DNA of 64,000 bases, from NCBI GenBank assembly GCA_963667465.2, contig CAXXDN010000001.1, positions 864,001-928,000 of the forward strand, written 5' to 3'. This stretch comes from Dehalococcoidia bacterium (lineage in GTDB: Bacteria; Chloroflexota; Dehalococcoidia; UBA2979). This document shows positions 9,250 through 18,064 of this stretch, piece by piece. The translations under genes were made by a program, and so were the position numbers. Below the pieces are notes generated by a model, which had not been told where the DNA came from, ran no database searches, and was given only the letters and a program-made list of their open reading frames with translations. Positions within the stretch are counted from its first letter, which is position 1; each line of letters starts with the position of its first letter.

Positions 9250-9774
9250 ATGGCGTGGTACGACCTGCTCGACTGCGAACTCGGGACGCTCTTCGTGGGC
9301 GGATCCGAGTCGGGCCTGCACCGCGTCAACTTCCTGCGCGGCGAGCGCGCGCTCGACGACGAGCTGCTGGCCCTCGAGGCCGAGACCGGCGAGGAGGCCG
9401 CGCGGGACGGCGAGGCGGCTCGTCCGGCCCTCGAGGCCCTCGCTGCCTACTTCGGCGGCCAGCCCGGCGCGTTCGACGACCCCGGCGCGCTGCCGCTCGC
9501 ACCGCACGGCACACCGTTCCAGCAGAGCGTCTGGGAGCAGCTGCGCGCCATCCCGGCAGGCGCCACGCGCTCCTACGGCGAGATCGCGGCTGCGGTTGGC
9601 AAGCCGGGCGCGGCGCGCGCCGTCGGAGGGGCCGTCGGCAGCAACCCGATCTCTTTGATCGTGCCCTGCCACCGCGTTGTCGCCTCGGACGGTTCGATCG
9701 GCGGCTTTGCCTCCGGGCTGGACCGCAAGCGCTGGCTCCTCGCGCACGAGGGCGTCGAGGGCTACGCCGCGTAG
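9250..9774 (+). CDS. ogt: Methylated-DNA--protein-cysteine S-methyltransferase
   Basis: GTPFQQSVW, SYGEIA, ARAVG, active site IVPCHRVV. ATG at 9250 after GAGGTG. Confidence 0.92.
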   Translation: MAWYDLLDCELGTLFVGGSESGLHRVNFLRGERALDDELLALEAETGEEAARDGEAARPALEALAAYFGGQPGAFDDPGALPLAPHGTPFQQSVWEQLRAIPAGATRSYGEIAAAVGKPGAARAVGGAVGSNPISLIVPCHRVVASDGSIGGFASGLDRKRWLLAHEGVEGYAA

Positions 9775-9807
9775 GCGCCCTCGCGGGCCGCGTCGGCGCG
9801 AGCCGCC

Positions 9808-10539
9808 TCACGCGATCCCGAGGTGCTCCAGGATCTCCGGTAGCTGCTCGATCTCGATGTCCGGGCGCACGTCGTGGGTCGGCACCAGCGGGTTCGTACG
9901 CTGGGCGGTGTGCAGCCCGGCGCGCTGCGCGCCGAAGATGTCGTCCCACGGCCGGTCTCCGACAAAGAGCGCCCTCGCTGGGTCGCGCATGCCGATTGCG
10001 GCGAGGGCGGCCTTGAAGACGCTCGGGTGCGGCTTCATGTAGTCCAGCTCGCAGGTGTAGAGCCGCGCGTCCAGCAGCCCGTCCAGCCCGTCGCGGCGCA
10101 GGAAGCGCTCGTGGAAGCGCCGCGGCCAGTGCGTGTTGGAGAGCATCGCCGTGCGCAGCCCGTGAGCGCGCAGCGTCTCCAGCGTCGGCGCGGCCTCGGT
10201 GTCGTGCTCGATGTGCGGCGTCCAGGCGTTCAAATACGCCTCGGCGGCGGCTTCGAGCGCTGAGGAGGGCGCGCTCGCGCCGAGCCGCCCGTGCGCCTCC
10301 ACGACGATGCCGGCGAGCGCGCCGGCGTGTGGGTGCGGATGCTCGGTGCGCTGCCAGAACTCGCTCTCGACCGTGCCCAGCAGCTGAGTGATCGTTTCCG
10401 CGTCCTGCTCGGCGTGCGGCGCGAGCACCTCGGCGGCGGGCCCCCACAGCGACTTCGTACTCACCGCGGTCGCCCACGTGGAGAGCGTGCCGCCCCAGTC
10501 GAAGATCACCGCCTCGATGCCGGCGTCGCGCAGGGTCAC
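9808..10539 (-). CDS. HAD-superfamily hydrolase
   Basis: Motif I IFDWGGTL, LSNT, KPHPSVF, FVGDRPWDDIFGA. GTG start after GAGGAG. Confidence 0.88.
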   Translation of the reverse strand: MTLRDAGIEAVIFDWGGTLSTWATAVSTKSLWGPAAEVLAPHAEQDAETITQLLGTVESEFWQRTEHPHPHAGALAGIVVEAHGRLGASAPSSALEAAAEAYLNAWTPHIEHDTEAAPTLETLRAHGLRTAMLSNTHWPRRFHERFLRRDGLDGLLDARLYTCELDYMKPHPSVFKAALAAIGMRDPARALFVGDRPWDDIFGAQRAGLHTAQRTNPLVPTHDVRPDIEIEQLPEILEHLGIA

Positions 10540-10704
10540 TCGTCGCTCCTCGTCGCTGTCGGGCGCCCGCGCAGCATCGCACTGCGCGCGCCGTCGCTGT
10601 ACCCGGGGCGCGGATCGCCGCGCGCCTGGGCCCCGGTATGGCGCGAAGCGGCCATCCGCTGGCGCTCGCCCCTCTCCCGCGAGCAGGGCCACGCTGCGGG
10701 CGGA

Positions 10705-11004
10705 TGACGGAGGCGCATTCCGGCGCGCCAGTCGTAGCGGAATCGGTCCTTGCGCCGGACGCACATCGGGCCTCCTCAGGAGGCCCGAATGGTTCTGTCT
10801 GCCCGGGATGCGCCGGGTTGGTCCCTGTGCCAGCTCTAGCCGGGGACGGGTACTGGGGCCGTCCCCGTGGTGTGGGACCTCCCGGCCTAGTGCGAAGCTG
10901 CTCTGCCCAAGGGTCTGCTCCTTACGGCTTACGCGCGCTCGGCGCTTCTGAGGAGAGTTCCGACCCAATCGGTCATCGGGTCTCCCTTCCTCGGTCCCGT
11001 CTCA
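10705..11004 (-). ncRNA. Candidate ~300-nt structured RNA of unknown class (contains a 15-codon ORF at 10929-10976)
   Basis: Sigma70-like promoter upstream and several long or nested stems (see findings). No family recognised. Ends approximate. Confidence 0.45.
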
Positions 11005-11010
11005 AGAGTC

Positions 11011-11039
11011 ATCATGCAACTCCGCGTCCCCCCTTGCAA
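11011..11039 (-). promoter_or_regulatory. Putative sigma70-type promoter
   Basis: TTGCAA-17nt-CATGAT on the minus strand. A 9-bp inverted repeat (TTGTGAATG...CATTCACAA, 11042-11065) lies just upstream. Confidence 0.5.
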
Positions 11040-11059
11040 CATTGTGAATGTGCGCGCAT

Positions 11060-12253
11060 TCACAAGGCTTCCGTGGGCCGGCGGAGGATGGAGCGCGTCT
11101 CGCGCAGCGCCTTGAGGACGTCGCGACGCTGCTGCACGAGCAGCACGGACGCGAGCACGAGATAGACGATCGCGATCACGATCCGCACCTCGGAGATCGG
11201 GATCACGAACTGGACCGCGAACAGGCCGATCAGCGCGCCCGCCTCCCAGCGGCTGAGGCTGAGACTGACGAGGATGGCGACGGCGAACAGCGACTGCGCA
11301 GCCGTGAGGAGGACTTCCTCGCTCTGGCGCCCGTCGAGCGGCAGCCCGCCCAGCGTGTCGCCCGAGATCGAGTACGCGACCGGCAGCCCGCCGAGCAGCA
11401 GCGTCCACTGGTTCACCTTCGAGGAAAGCAGCGCCGCCATGCCCATCACGGCGCGGCCCCGGAAGGCGAGGATGCCGGCCACCAGGAACTCGGGCGCCTC
11501 GGAGGCGAACGGTGCGAGCCACTGCACGAGCAGGAACTCGTCGATGCCGAGCTGCGTGCCGGTGTGGATCAGGCCCTCGGCGAAGGGCTCCGCCGCCGAG
11601 AGGATGACGGCCGCCGCGAAGACGAAGATGCAGGCGTTGAGCACGCGCCGCTGCCGTTTCGCGAGGTGGCCGATCCAGTACGCAGGGCCGACAAGATCGT
11701 GCTCCTCGCCCTCGTTGCGGGCGACTCCGTACACGTAGACGGCGAAGATCGCGAACATCACGACGGTGTCCACGAGGCTGATCGAGCCCTTGAAGGGCAG
11801 GATGAACGAGTAGAGCGTGGCCGCGCCGAGCGCGATCACGTCGAGGGAGTTCGCGGAGTTCAGCCGCAGTACCCGCCCTCGGGTGCGTAACCAGAAGATG
11901 AGGAACACCGCCGACCAGCCGACGCCAATCAGCAGCCGGTTCGCCCCGGTCATGTTCGCGACCGCAAAAGGCGCGAACTCGGGATCCTGACCCGCCTTCC
12001 AGGCGAAGGCGAGGTCGACGGCGTACTCGGGCAGCACGGCGATCAGGGCGATGAACGCGACGGCAAGGCCTTGCGAGATATCGACCTCGGCGGCCTCGGC
12101 GCCCCAGCTCAGGAGGAAGGCTGCGGCCACGATGCCGAGGCCGAACAGCAGCGTGTCGCTGACCGTGCCGAGGTGCGTGCCGCTGAGGCGCAGCGCGAGC
12201 GCTGGCAGACAGCACAGCGCCATGATGCCGATCAGCGTGACCGCGCTGCGCAT
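11060..12253 (-). CDS. Cation/Ca2+ antiporter (CaCA / Na_Ca_ex family)
   Basis: Polytopic membrane protein with two alpha repeats: AVLPEYAV...ANMTGAN and ASEAPEFL...SSKVNQ. Confidence 0.85.
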   Translation of the reverse strand: MRSAVTLIGIMALCCLPALALRLSGTHLGTVSDTLLFGLGIVAAAFLLSWGAEAAEVDISQGLAVAFIALIAVLPEYAVDLAFAWKAGQDPEFAPFAVANMTGANRLLIGVGWSAVFLIFWLRTRGRVLRLNSANSLDVIALGAATLYSFILPFKGSISLVDTVVMFAIFAVYVYGVARNEGEEHDLVGPAYWIGHLAKRQRRVLNACIFVFAAAVILSAAEPFAEGLIHTGTQLGIDEFLLVQWLAPFASEAPEFLVAGILAFRGRAVMGMAALLSSKVNQWTLLLGGLPVAYSISGDTLGGLPLDGRQSEEVLLTAAQSLFAVAILVSLSLSRWEAGALIGLFAVQFVIPISEVRIVIAIVYLVLASVLLVQQRRDVLKALRETRSILRRPTEAL

Positions 12254-12356
12254 GGCGCCTCCCGAGGAATCGAGCGTCTCCGGACGCAGCGTGCCGCCCG
12301 ATGGTAACGGGGCGTATCGTTACGGCGGACCGTGCGGAGCGCGAAGGGAGCCCGGG

Positions 12357-12857
12357 ATGCTGCGAAGAGGTGAGGCCGCGCCGGAGTTCACACTGCTCGA
12401 TCTGGACGGCGGCGAGTGGCGGCTTGCCGATCAGCCCGCCGATGTCCTGGTCCTCAGCTGGATCCGCGGCGAGTGGTGAGGCGTCTGCAATCGCTACCTG
12501 CAGGGTCTGCAGGGACGACTCGATGACTTCGCCGGGCAGGGCGCGCGCTGGGTGGTGATCGGCGACGATGCCCCGGAGCGCCTGGCCGAGCTGCCGGAGC
12601 GCCACGGCCTCGAGGGCGTCACCTTCCTCCACGACCCCGGCGGCGAGGTAGGTGCGCGCTACGGCGTGCTGCGTACGCCCGAGCCCGCGAGCGCGCACGG
12701 CGGCCACACGGAGCCGGCCGTGCTGGTGCTGCGCCCGGATCGCACGGTCGCCCAGGCCGCGTACGCGGTTAGCTCGATGGGTCGCATGCCAGTCGACGAC
12801 GCGCTGCGCGTCGCGCGTCGCATTCGCACGGAGGAGCGGGAGAGCGCGGCAGGCTAG
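12357..12857 (+). CDS. AhpC/TSA peroxiredoxin-like selenoprotein (UxxC)
   Basis: GEAAPEFTLLDLDG...WIRGEW-TGA(12477-12479)-GVC continues in frame into the 12552-12857 ORF (FLHDPGGEVGARYGV...PAVLVL). A downstream hairpin is present. Confidence 0.85.
12497..12513 (+). promoter_or_regulatory. Bacterial SECIS-like hairpin
   Basis: CCTGCAG-GGT-CTGCAGG: a 7-bp stem with a G-led loop, starting 17 nt after the in-frame TGA. Confidence 0.7.
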
Positions 12858-12866
12858 CCGCGCAGC
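12849..12866. repeat. 18-bp direct repeat, left copy (GCAGGCTAGCCGCGCAGC)
   Basis: Exact second copy at 14591-14608; the pair flanks the AlbA-ATPase gene. Confidence 0.9.
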
Positions 12867-12955
12867 AAGAGTCACGAAAGATGATTTGACAATGATCTCC
12901 CGCAAATCTCCGAAATCGTGTCTTTTGCGTACTAGTTTGTCTTATCATGTCGCAC

Positions 12956-14599
12956 ATGAATCGCAGTCTCCGGCTCAACGAGATCCCCAACGAACTCACA
13001 ACTGACGAGTTCTGGGGGTTGCTCGGCCGGGTTGAGCATGAGGCACTCGACTTCAAGCGCGGGGTCCCTGAGGACATTCTCGACACGATCCCGTGTATGG
13101 CGATGACCGACGGTGGTCTCATCGTCCACGGGGTCGACAAGGAACTCAATATCCTTGGTTGCCCGCTCTCGCAGAACACGTTTGACCGCATCACGCGCTT
13201 CGCTAATGAATGCAACGTCGTGGTCCGGATCCAGGCCATCCGGGTCGGCGCCTACGAGTTGACTGTGACAGAAGTCCCTGAAGTTCGCGGACGCATCGTG
13301 ACCTCACCGGAAGGGAGGCTCCTGAGGCGCGTTGGAGGCGACTGCCAACCTCTGCGTGGGGACATGCTCGCGCGGTTTGTCCGGGAACGTGAGGAGCGAT
13401 CCAGCGAGGAGGAGCCCGTTGCGTGTGGAGTGAGCGACTTCGACCTCTCGCGCGTGAATGAAGCGCTGTCCGCGAGCGGCAGGCCTGCTGTGTGGTGGGG
13501 CGGGATTCCGCGCGCACTCGCCGACTTGGGCGTTGCTCTCCCTGACGACGGACCTGCGGGGCCGAGTGTACTGAGAGCGGCCGTACCGCTGTTCGCCGTG
13601 GATCCCCGCAAATTCGTCCAAGGTGCGGTGGTGCAACTCGTGCGACGGGAAGGCGTGGGCCCGGGCCCGGGACCATCTGTCGATCGCCAGGAGTGCTCTG
13701 GTCCGCTGCTGGATGTCTTGGACTGCTGCCTGGGGTTCATTGGACGCCACACGAGGCAGTACGAGATTGTTACGGGTACGCGGCGCGAGGTGCTGCCCGA
13801 GTATCCGGACACGGTCATCCGCGAGGCAGTACTGAACGCGCTTGCGCACCGGGACTACGGGCTGCTGGGTGCGACAACGGACATCACGGTTTGGGACGAT
13901 CGCATAGAGGTCCACAGCCCGGGCCCTCTACCTGGCCACATCACCGTCGAGAACATGCGTGACGAGCACTACAGCCGCAACCGACGGCTGATGAGCGTCC
14001 TGAAGACGCTTGGCCTTGTCGAGGAGTATGGCGAGGGCGTGGATCGGATGTTCCGCGAAATGGAGGCGCGCCTCATGAGCCCGCCGGACATCCAGGCATC
14101 GTCCAGTTCCGTCACAGTGACCCTTCGGAACCGCTTTCTCGTCAGTGCGGCCGATCAAGCATGGATCGCGTTGCTTGCTGACTACCCGATGACGCCCGAT
14201 GAGCGGTTTGCGCTCGTGGAAGCCCGGAACAGTGGGTCGATCACCCGGCGACGGCTAAGAGAGCGGCTCCCGGAGGCCGACGCCGGGGAAGTGCTCGCTG
14301 GAGCGGTTGCAAAGGGACTGCTAGTGCGTACTGGACGGGGCGGCGGCACCCGCTATGTGTTGTCGGACGAGGTCGTGTTGCGCGCGGGCAGTGAAGGTAT
14401 GGAAGCGCAGCGCCGGCGTCGCCAGACTCTCCTCGACGAGATAGGTCGGCGCGGAAGCCTCTCAACTGCCGAGGGCGCAAGACTACTCGATGAAGACATG
14501 GCTTTCGTACGGCGGCTCCTGAGCGAGCTCGTCCGCGCTGGACTTGTGCGCGCCGAGGGCAATACAAGAGCGCGTCGCTATTACCCCTCTGCAGGCTAG
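12956..14599 (+). CDS. Schlafen/AlbA_2 domain + HATPase_c_4 (RecG-C-like) + wHTH protein
   Basis: EHEALDFK...MAMTDGGLIVHGVD; YPDTVIREAVLNALAHRDY...SPGPLP...RNRRLM...EEYGEGVDRM; two C-terminal wHTH-like segments. Less GC-rich than the neighbours. Confidence 0.85.
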   Translation: MNRSLRLNEIPNELTTDEFWGLLGRVEHEALDFKRGVPEDILDTIPCMAMTDGGLIVHGVDKELNILGCPLSQNTFDRITRFANECNVVVRIQAIRVGAYELTVTEVPEVRGRIVTSPEGRLLRRVGGDCQPLRGDMLARFVREREERSSEEEPVACGVSDFDLSRVNEALSASGRPAVWWGGIPRALADLGVALPDDGPAGPSVLRAAVPLFAVDPRKFVQGAVVQLVRREGVGPGPGPSVDRQECSGPLLDVLDCCLGFIGRHTRQYEIVTGTRREVLPEYPDTVIREAVLNALAHRDYGLLGATTDITVWDDRIEVHSPGPLPGHITVENMRDEHYSRNRRLMSVLKTLGLVEEYGEGVDRMFREMEARLMSPPDIQASSSSVTVTLRNRFLVSAADQAWIALLADYPMTPDERFALVEARNSGSITRRRLRERLPEADAGEVLAGAVAKGLLVRTGRGGGTRYVLSDEVVLRAGSEGMEAQRRRRQTLLDEIGRRGSLSTAEGARLLDEDMAFVRRLLSELVRAGLVRAEGNTRARRYYPSAG

Positions 14600-14608
14600 C
14601 CGCGCAGC
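14591..14608. repeat. 18-bp direct repeat, right copy
   Basis: Identical to 12849-12866. It contains the stop codons of both convergent genes (CTAG). Confidence 0.9.
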
Positions 14609-15702
14609 GGGGCCCGCTCGAGGGCGGCGCGAGCCTCGTCCATGAGGTCCGCGAGCACCTGCTGGACGCTGCGCTCCCGGGAGATCAGCCCCACGCCCTG
14701 ACCGGCGGCCACCGTCTGGAAGTCGCGGACCTCCCAGTCGTCGATCGCCTGCTGGATCTTCGCGACCAGCATCCCCTGCAGCGGCATCTTCAGCGGGTCC
14801 GGCGCACCCGGCGCGGACCAGGCCTCGGTCCATTTCGAGCGCAGCATCGAGGCGCGCTTGCCCGTCGAGGCGCGGCTCTGCACGGAGTCCTCGGTCTGCG
14901 CGGCGATCAGGCGCTCCTTGACGTGCGGCAGCACGTCGGACTCGTGCGTGCTCTGCCAGATCGTGCCGCACCAGACGCCCGCCGCGCCGAGCGCCAGCGC
15001 CGCCGCGATGTGCTCGCCGCTGGTCACGCCGCCGGCGGCGAGGATCGGCGTGTCGTACTCGCGCGCCATCCTCGTCACCGGCGGGACGAGCGAGAAGGTG
15101 CCGATGCGCCCGCTGTGGCCTCCGGAGTCGCCGCCCTGCGCGATCAGCAGGTCGACGCCCGCCTCCAGCTCGCGGCGCGCCTGGCGTGGCATGCCGATCA
15201 GCCCCCAGACCTTCGTCCCCACCTCGTGCCCGCGTTCGAGCACGACGGCGGGGCTGCCGAGGCCGGAGGCGAAGATCGGCACGCGCTCCTCGAAGATCAC
15301 GTCCAGCTGGCGGCGCACGCGTTGCAGCAGGTCCGCGCCGAGCACGGCCTTTGCCGGGCTCTTCGGGTCCGGGATCTCGTTGTTGCGCTGGAGGCGGTCC
15401 ACGAAGTCGCGATGCTCATCGGGGATCAGCGCCTCGAGGTCCTCGGGGTTGCCCTCCTCGAAGGAGGCGGGGAGCAGCGTGTCGATGCCGAAGGGGCGGT
15501 CGCCGACCTGGTCGCGGATCCAGCGGATCTGCTCGCGTGCGTCTTCTGGCTCGAGCGGGCTGATCCCGAGCACGCCGATCGCGCCGGCGTTGCTGGCGGC
15601 GGCGACGACCTCCTTCGTCAGCGCGAAGGCGACGATCGGGATCTCGCAGCCGTATTCCTCACAGAGCCGGGTGCGCAGCGGGTGGGCGGCGGGGTCCGCC
15701 AT
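14596..15702 (-). CDS. Nitronate monooxygenase / FabK-like flavoprotein
   Basis: IAQGGDSGGHSGRIGT, ILAAGGV, ALALGAAGVWCGT, AGQGVGLI. Confidence 0.85.
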   Translation of the reverse strand: MADPAAHPLRTRLCEEYGCEIPIVAFALTKEVVAAASNAGAIGVLGISPLEPEDAREQIRWIRDQVGDRPFGIDTLLPASFEEGNPEDLEALIPDEHRDFVDRLQRNNEIPDPKSPAKAVLGADLLQRVRRQLDVIFEERVPIFASGLGSPAVVLERGHEVGTKVWGLIGMPRQARRELEAGVDLLIAQGGDSGGHSGRIGTFSLVPPVTRMAREYDTPILAAGGVTSGEHIAAALALGAAGVWCGTIWQSTHESDVLPHVKERLIAAQTEDSVQSRASTGKRASMLRSKWTEAWSAPGAPDPLKMPLQGMLVAKIQQAIDDWEVRDFQTVAAGQGVGLISRERSVQQVLADLMDEARAALERAPLRG

Positions 15703-15724
15703 CGGGCCGGCTCCTCGGGGGCGG

Positions 15725-16501
15725 CTAGCGGCCGACCCAGTGCGGCGTGCGCTTCTCGGCGAAGGCGGTTGGGCCCTCCTTCGAGTCTTCCGAGCTGAAC
15801 ACCTTGTCGGAGATCCACTGGTAGAGCCGGAAGCTGTTGGCCAGGTCGGCCGTGGACCAGTGCTGGATCTGCGCCTTCGTCGCCGCGACGGAGAGCGGCG
15901 CGTTGCTGGCGATCAGCTGCGCCAGCTCGATCGCCCGAGGCAGCAACTCGTCCGGCTCCACCACCTCGGTGACGATGCCCCACTGCAGCGCCTGCTCCGG
16001 ATCCACCCGATCGGCGGTGAGCAGCAGCTGGCTGGCGCCGGAGAGGCCGATCAGGCGTGGCAGCAGGTGCAGCCCCGGGCCGGGGATGATCCCGCGCTTC
16101 GCCTCATAGAGTCCCACGTAGGCCTCGGTCGACATGATGCGGATGTCGCAGCCGAGCGCCGTCTCGAGGCCGCCGCCGACGGCGAGGCCGTTGATCGCGG
16201 CGATGAACGGCTTGGGGTTGGAGCCGTAGGGGTGCGGCATGATCTGGCCGTCGAAGGCCGTCCCGGCCGCACTCTCGCCTCCGGACACCCGCTCCGCCGC
16301 CTCCTTGAGGTCCATGCCCGCGCTGAAGGCGCGCCCCGCGCCTGTCACGATGCCGACGCGCATCTCGTTGTCGGCAGTGAAGTCGTTCAGCGCCTCGGCC
16401 TGCTCGGCGCGCAGGCTGCCGCCGAGGGCATTGAGCCGCTCCGGCCGGTTCATCGTGAATACCGCGTAGTGGTCGAACTTCTCGTACAGCAGGTCCGGCA
16501 T
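15725..16501 (-). CDS. Enoyl-CoA hydratase/isomerase
   Basis: MNRPERLNAL, AFSAGMDLKE, KPFIAAINGLAVGGGLE, YEAKRG, EGPTAFAEKR. Confidence 0.9.
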   Translation of the reverse strand: MPDLLYEKFDHYAVFTMNRPERLNALGGSLRAEQAEALNDFTADNEMRVGIVTGAGRAFSAGMDLKEAAERVSGGESAAGTAFDGQIMPHPYGSNPKPFIAAINGLAVGGGLETALGCDIRIMSTEAYVGLYEAKRGIIPGPGLHLLPRLIGLSGASQLLLTADRVDPEQALQWGIVTEVVEPDELLPRAIELAQLIASNAPLSVAATKAQIQHWSTADLANSFRLYQWISDKVFSSEDSKEGPTAFAEKRTPHWVGR

Positions 16502-16653
16502 CGCGCGCCCCCTTGCGCCGTCGTCGCGTTGCGGCGGGATTGTACCCGCTGCGGCGAGCGTTCGCGGGATCGCCGGCGCGCGCGCCTCGCGGCGGCGGGC
16601 TATCATCGGCGCGCGAGGCGCCCGACAGTACGCCGGGCAGTGCGGAGGAGCCG

Positions 16654-17490
16654 ATGGATCAGCTCGCGGGACGGGTTGCGGTGATCACCGGCGCGGGGCG
16701 CGGCGTCGGCCGCGCGCTGGCGCTCGAATGCGCGCGCGAGGGCATGCGCATCGCCGTCGCCGACCTCGACGGCGACCTCATCGAGCAGGTCGCCGGGGAG
16801 GCGCGGGCGCTGGGCGCCGAGGCGTTCGCGTTGGGCGTCGACGTCTCCGAGCGCGGTGAGGTGGAGGCGCTCGCCGAACGCACCTACGCCACGTATGGCG
16901 AGGCGAACCTGCTGCTGAACCACGCCGGCGTCTCCGTGCGCGGCCCCACCCTCGACGCCAGTGAGGTCGACTGGGAGTGGACGTTCGCGGTGAACCTGCG
17001 CGGGGTGCTGAACGGCATCCGCGCCTTTGTCCCGCGCATGCGCGGGCAGGACGGCCCCGCCCAGATCGTCAACACCGCCTCGCTGTCCGGGCTGGTGGCG
17101 CGGGCCAACGAGCACGGCGTCTACACGGCCTCGAAGCACGCGGTGGTCGGCATGACCAACGTGCTGCGTGACGAGCTGGAGCCCGAGGGCATCGGCGTCT
17201 CCTGCTGGTGCCCGGGCGGGATGGCGACGAACCAGACGAACTCCAACGAGTACCGCCCGGAGAAGTTCGGCGGCTTCTACGAGTTCGCCGCGCCCAGCCT
17301 GGGTAAGCTGCCCAACCCGATGCAGCCCGAGGACGTCGCCCCGCGCGTCCTCGCCGGAGCGCGCGAAAACCGGCGCTACATCATCACCCATCCGCACCGC
17401 AGCTCCGACGTCACGGACTACTACGACCGGATGTGGGCGGACTACGAGGCGGGCGCGCGCATCGCCGATGAGCTCGCGAACGCCGGATAG
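16654..17490 (+). CDS. Short-chain dehydrogenase/reductase
   Basis: TGAGRGVG, NHAGV, NTAS, YTASK. ATG after GGAGGAG. Confidence 0.9.
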   Translation: MDQLAGRVAVITGAGRGVGRALALECAREGMRIAVADLDGDLIEQVAGEARALGAEAFALGVDVSERGEVEALAERTYATYGEANLLLNHAGVSVRGPTLDASEVDWEWTFAVNLRGVLNGIRAFVPRMRGQDGPAQIVNTASLSGLVARANEHGVYTASKHAVVGMTNVLRDELEPEGIGVSCWCPGGMATNQTNSNEYRPEKFGGFYEFAAPSLGKLPNPMQPEDVAPRVLAGARENRRYIITHPHRSSDVTDYYDRMWADYEAGARIADELANAG

Positions 17491-17505
17491 CAGGGGACAC
17501 GTCCA

Positions 17506-17949
17506 GTGACGCTCACCCTCGAGGACCGCGAGGCGATCCGCGACCTGTTCGCGCGGCAGAACCTCGCCTACGACCGCCGCGAGGCGGAGCGCACGGCCGC
17601 GATGTTCACCGAGGACGGCGTGCTGGAGCTGATGGGAAGCGACCTCACCTTCCGTGGCCGCGACTCGATCCGAAACTACATGGAGCGGCTGCTGGAGGTG
17701 ACCGGCGACGACTACCGGCACTGGACGAACAGCCTCGCCATCGAGGCCGTCGAGGGCGCGCCGGACGAGGCGCGCGTCGAGTGCTATATCGCCGCCTTCG
17801 GTATGAACGACGGCACCCTGCGGCTGGCCGGACGCTACTTCGATCACCTCCGCAAGGTCGATGGTGAGTGGCTGTTCGCACACCGCCGCTACGAGCGCGA
17901 GTTCAACCTTGGCACGCACAGCGCCGCCTCCTCGAGGCTGCGCGAGTAA
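17506..17949 (+). CDS. SnoaL/NTF2-like protein
   Basis: DREAIRDLFAR...FTEDG...GRDSI...RHW...GRYFDHLRKVDGEWLFAHR. Confidence 0.85.
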   Translation: MTLTLEDREAIRDLFARQNLAYDRREAERTAAMFTEDGVLELMGSDLTFRGRDSIRNYMERLLEVTGDDYRHWTNSLAIEAVEGAPDEARVECYIAAFGMNDGTLRLAGRYFDHLRKVDGEWLFAHRRYEREFNLGTHSAASSRLRE

Positions 17950-18064
17950 CCCAACCGCGCGGGCCGATCACATCGGGTAGCTGCACGGCGGGGTCAGCGA
18001 GGTCGCGGCGCCGATGCTATGCTCCCGCCGTCTGGCACACGCTTTGCGCTGCGAAAGGAAACCA

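Noticed and set aside
10705-11004. RNase P RNA, tmRNA or SRP RNA identity for the structured region (GAGGAAG near the 5' end, ACAGAACC later)
   Set aside because: The GAGGAAAGTCC / ACAGAA.CCGGCTTA P4 pairing, the tRNA-like CCA end and the SRP GGAAGGAAGCAG motif are all absent.
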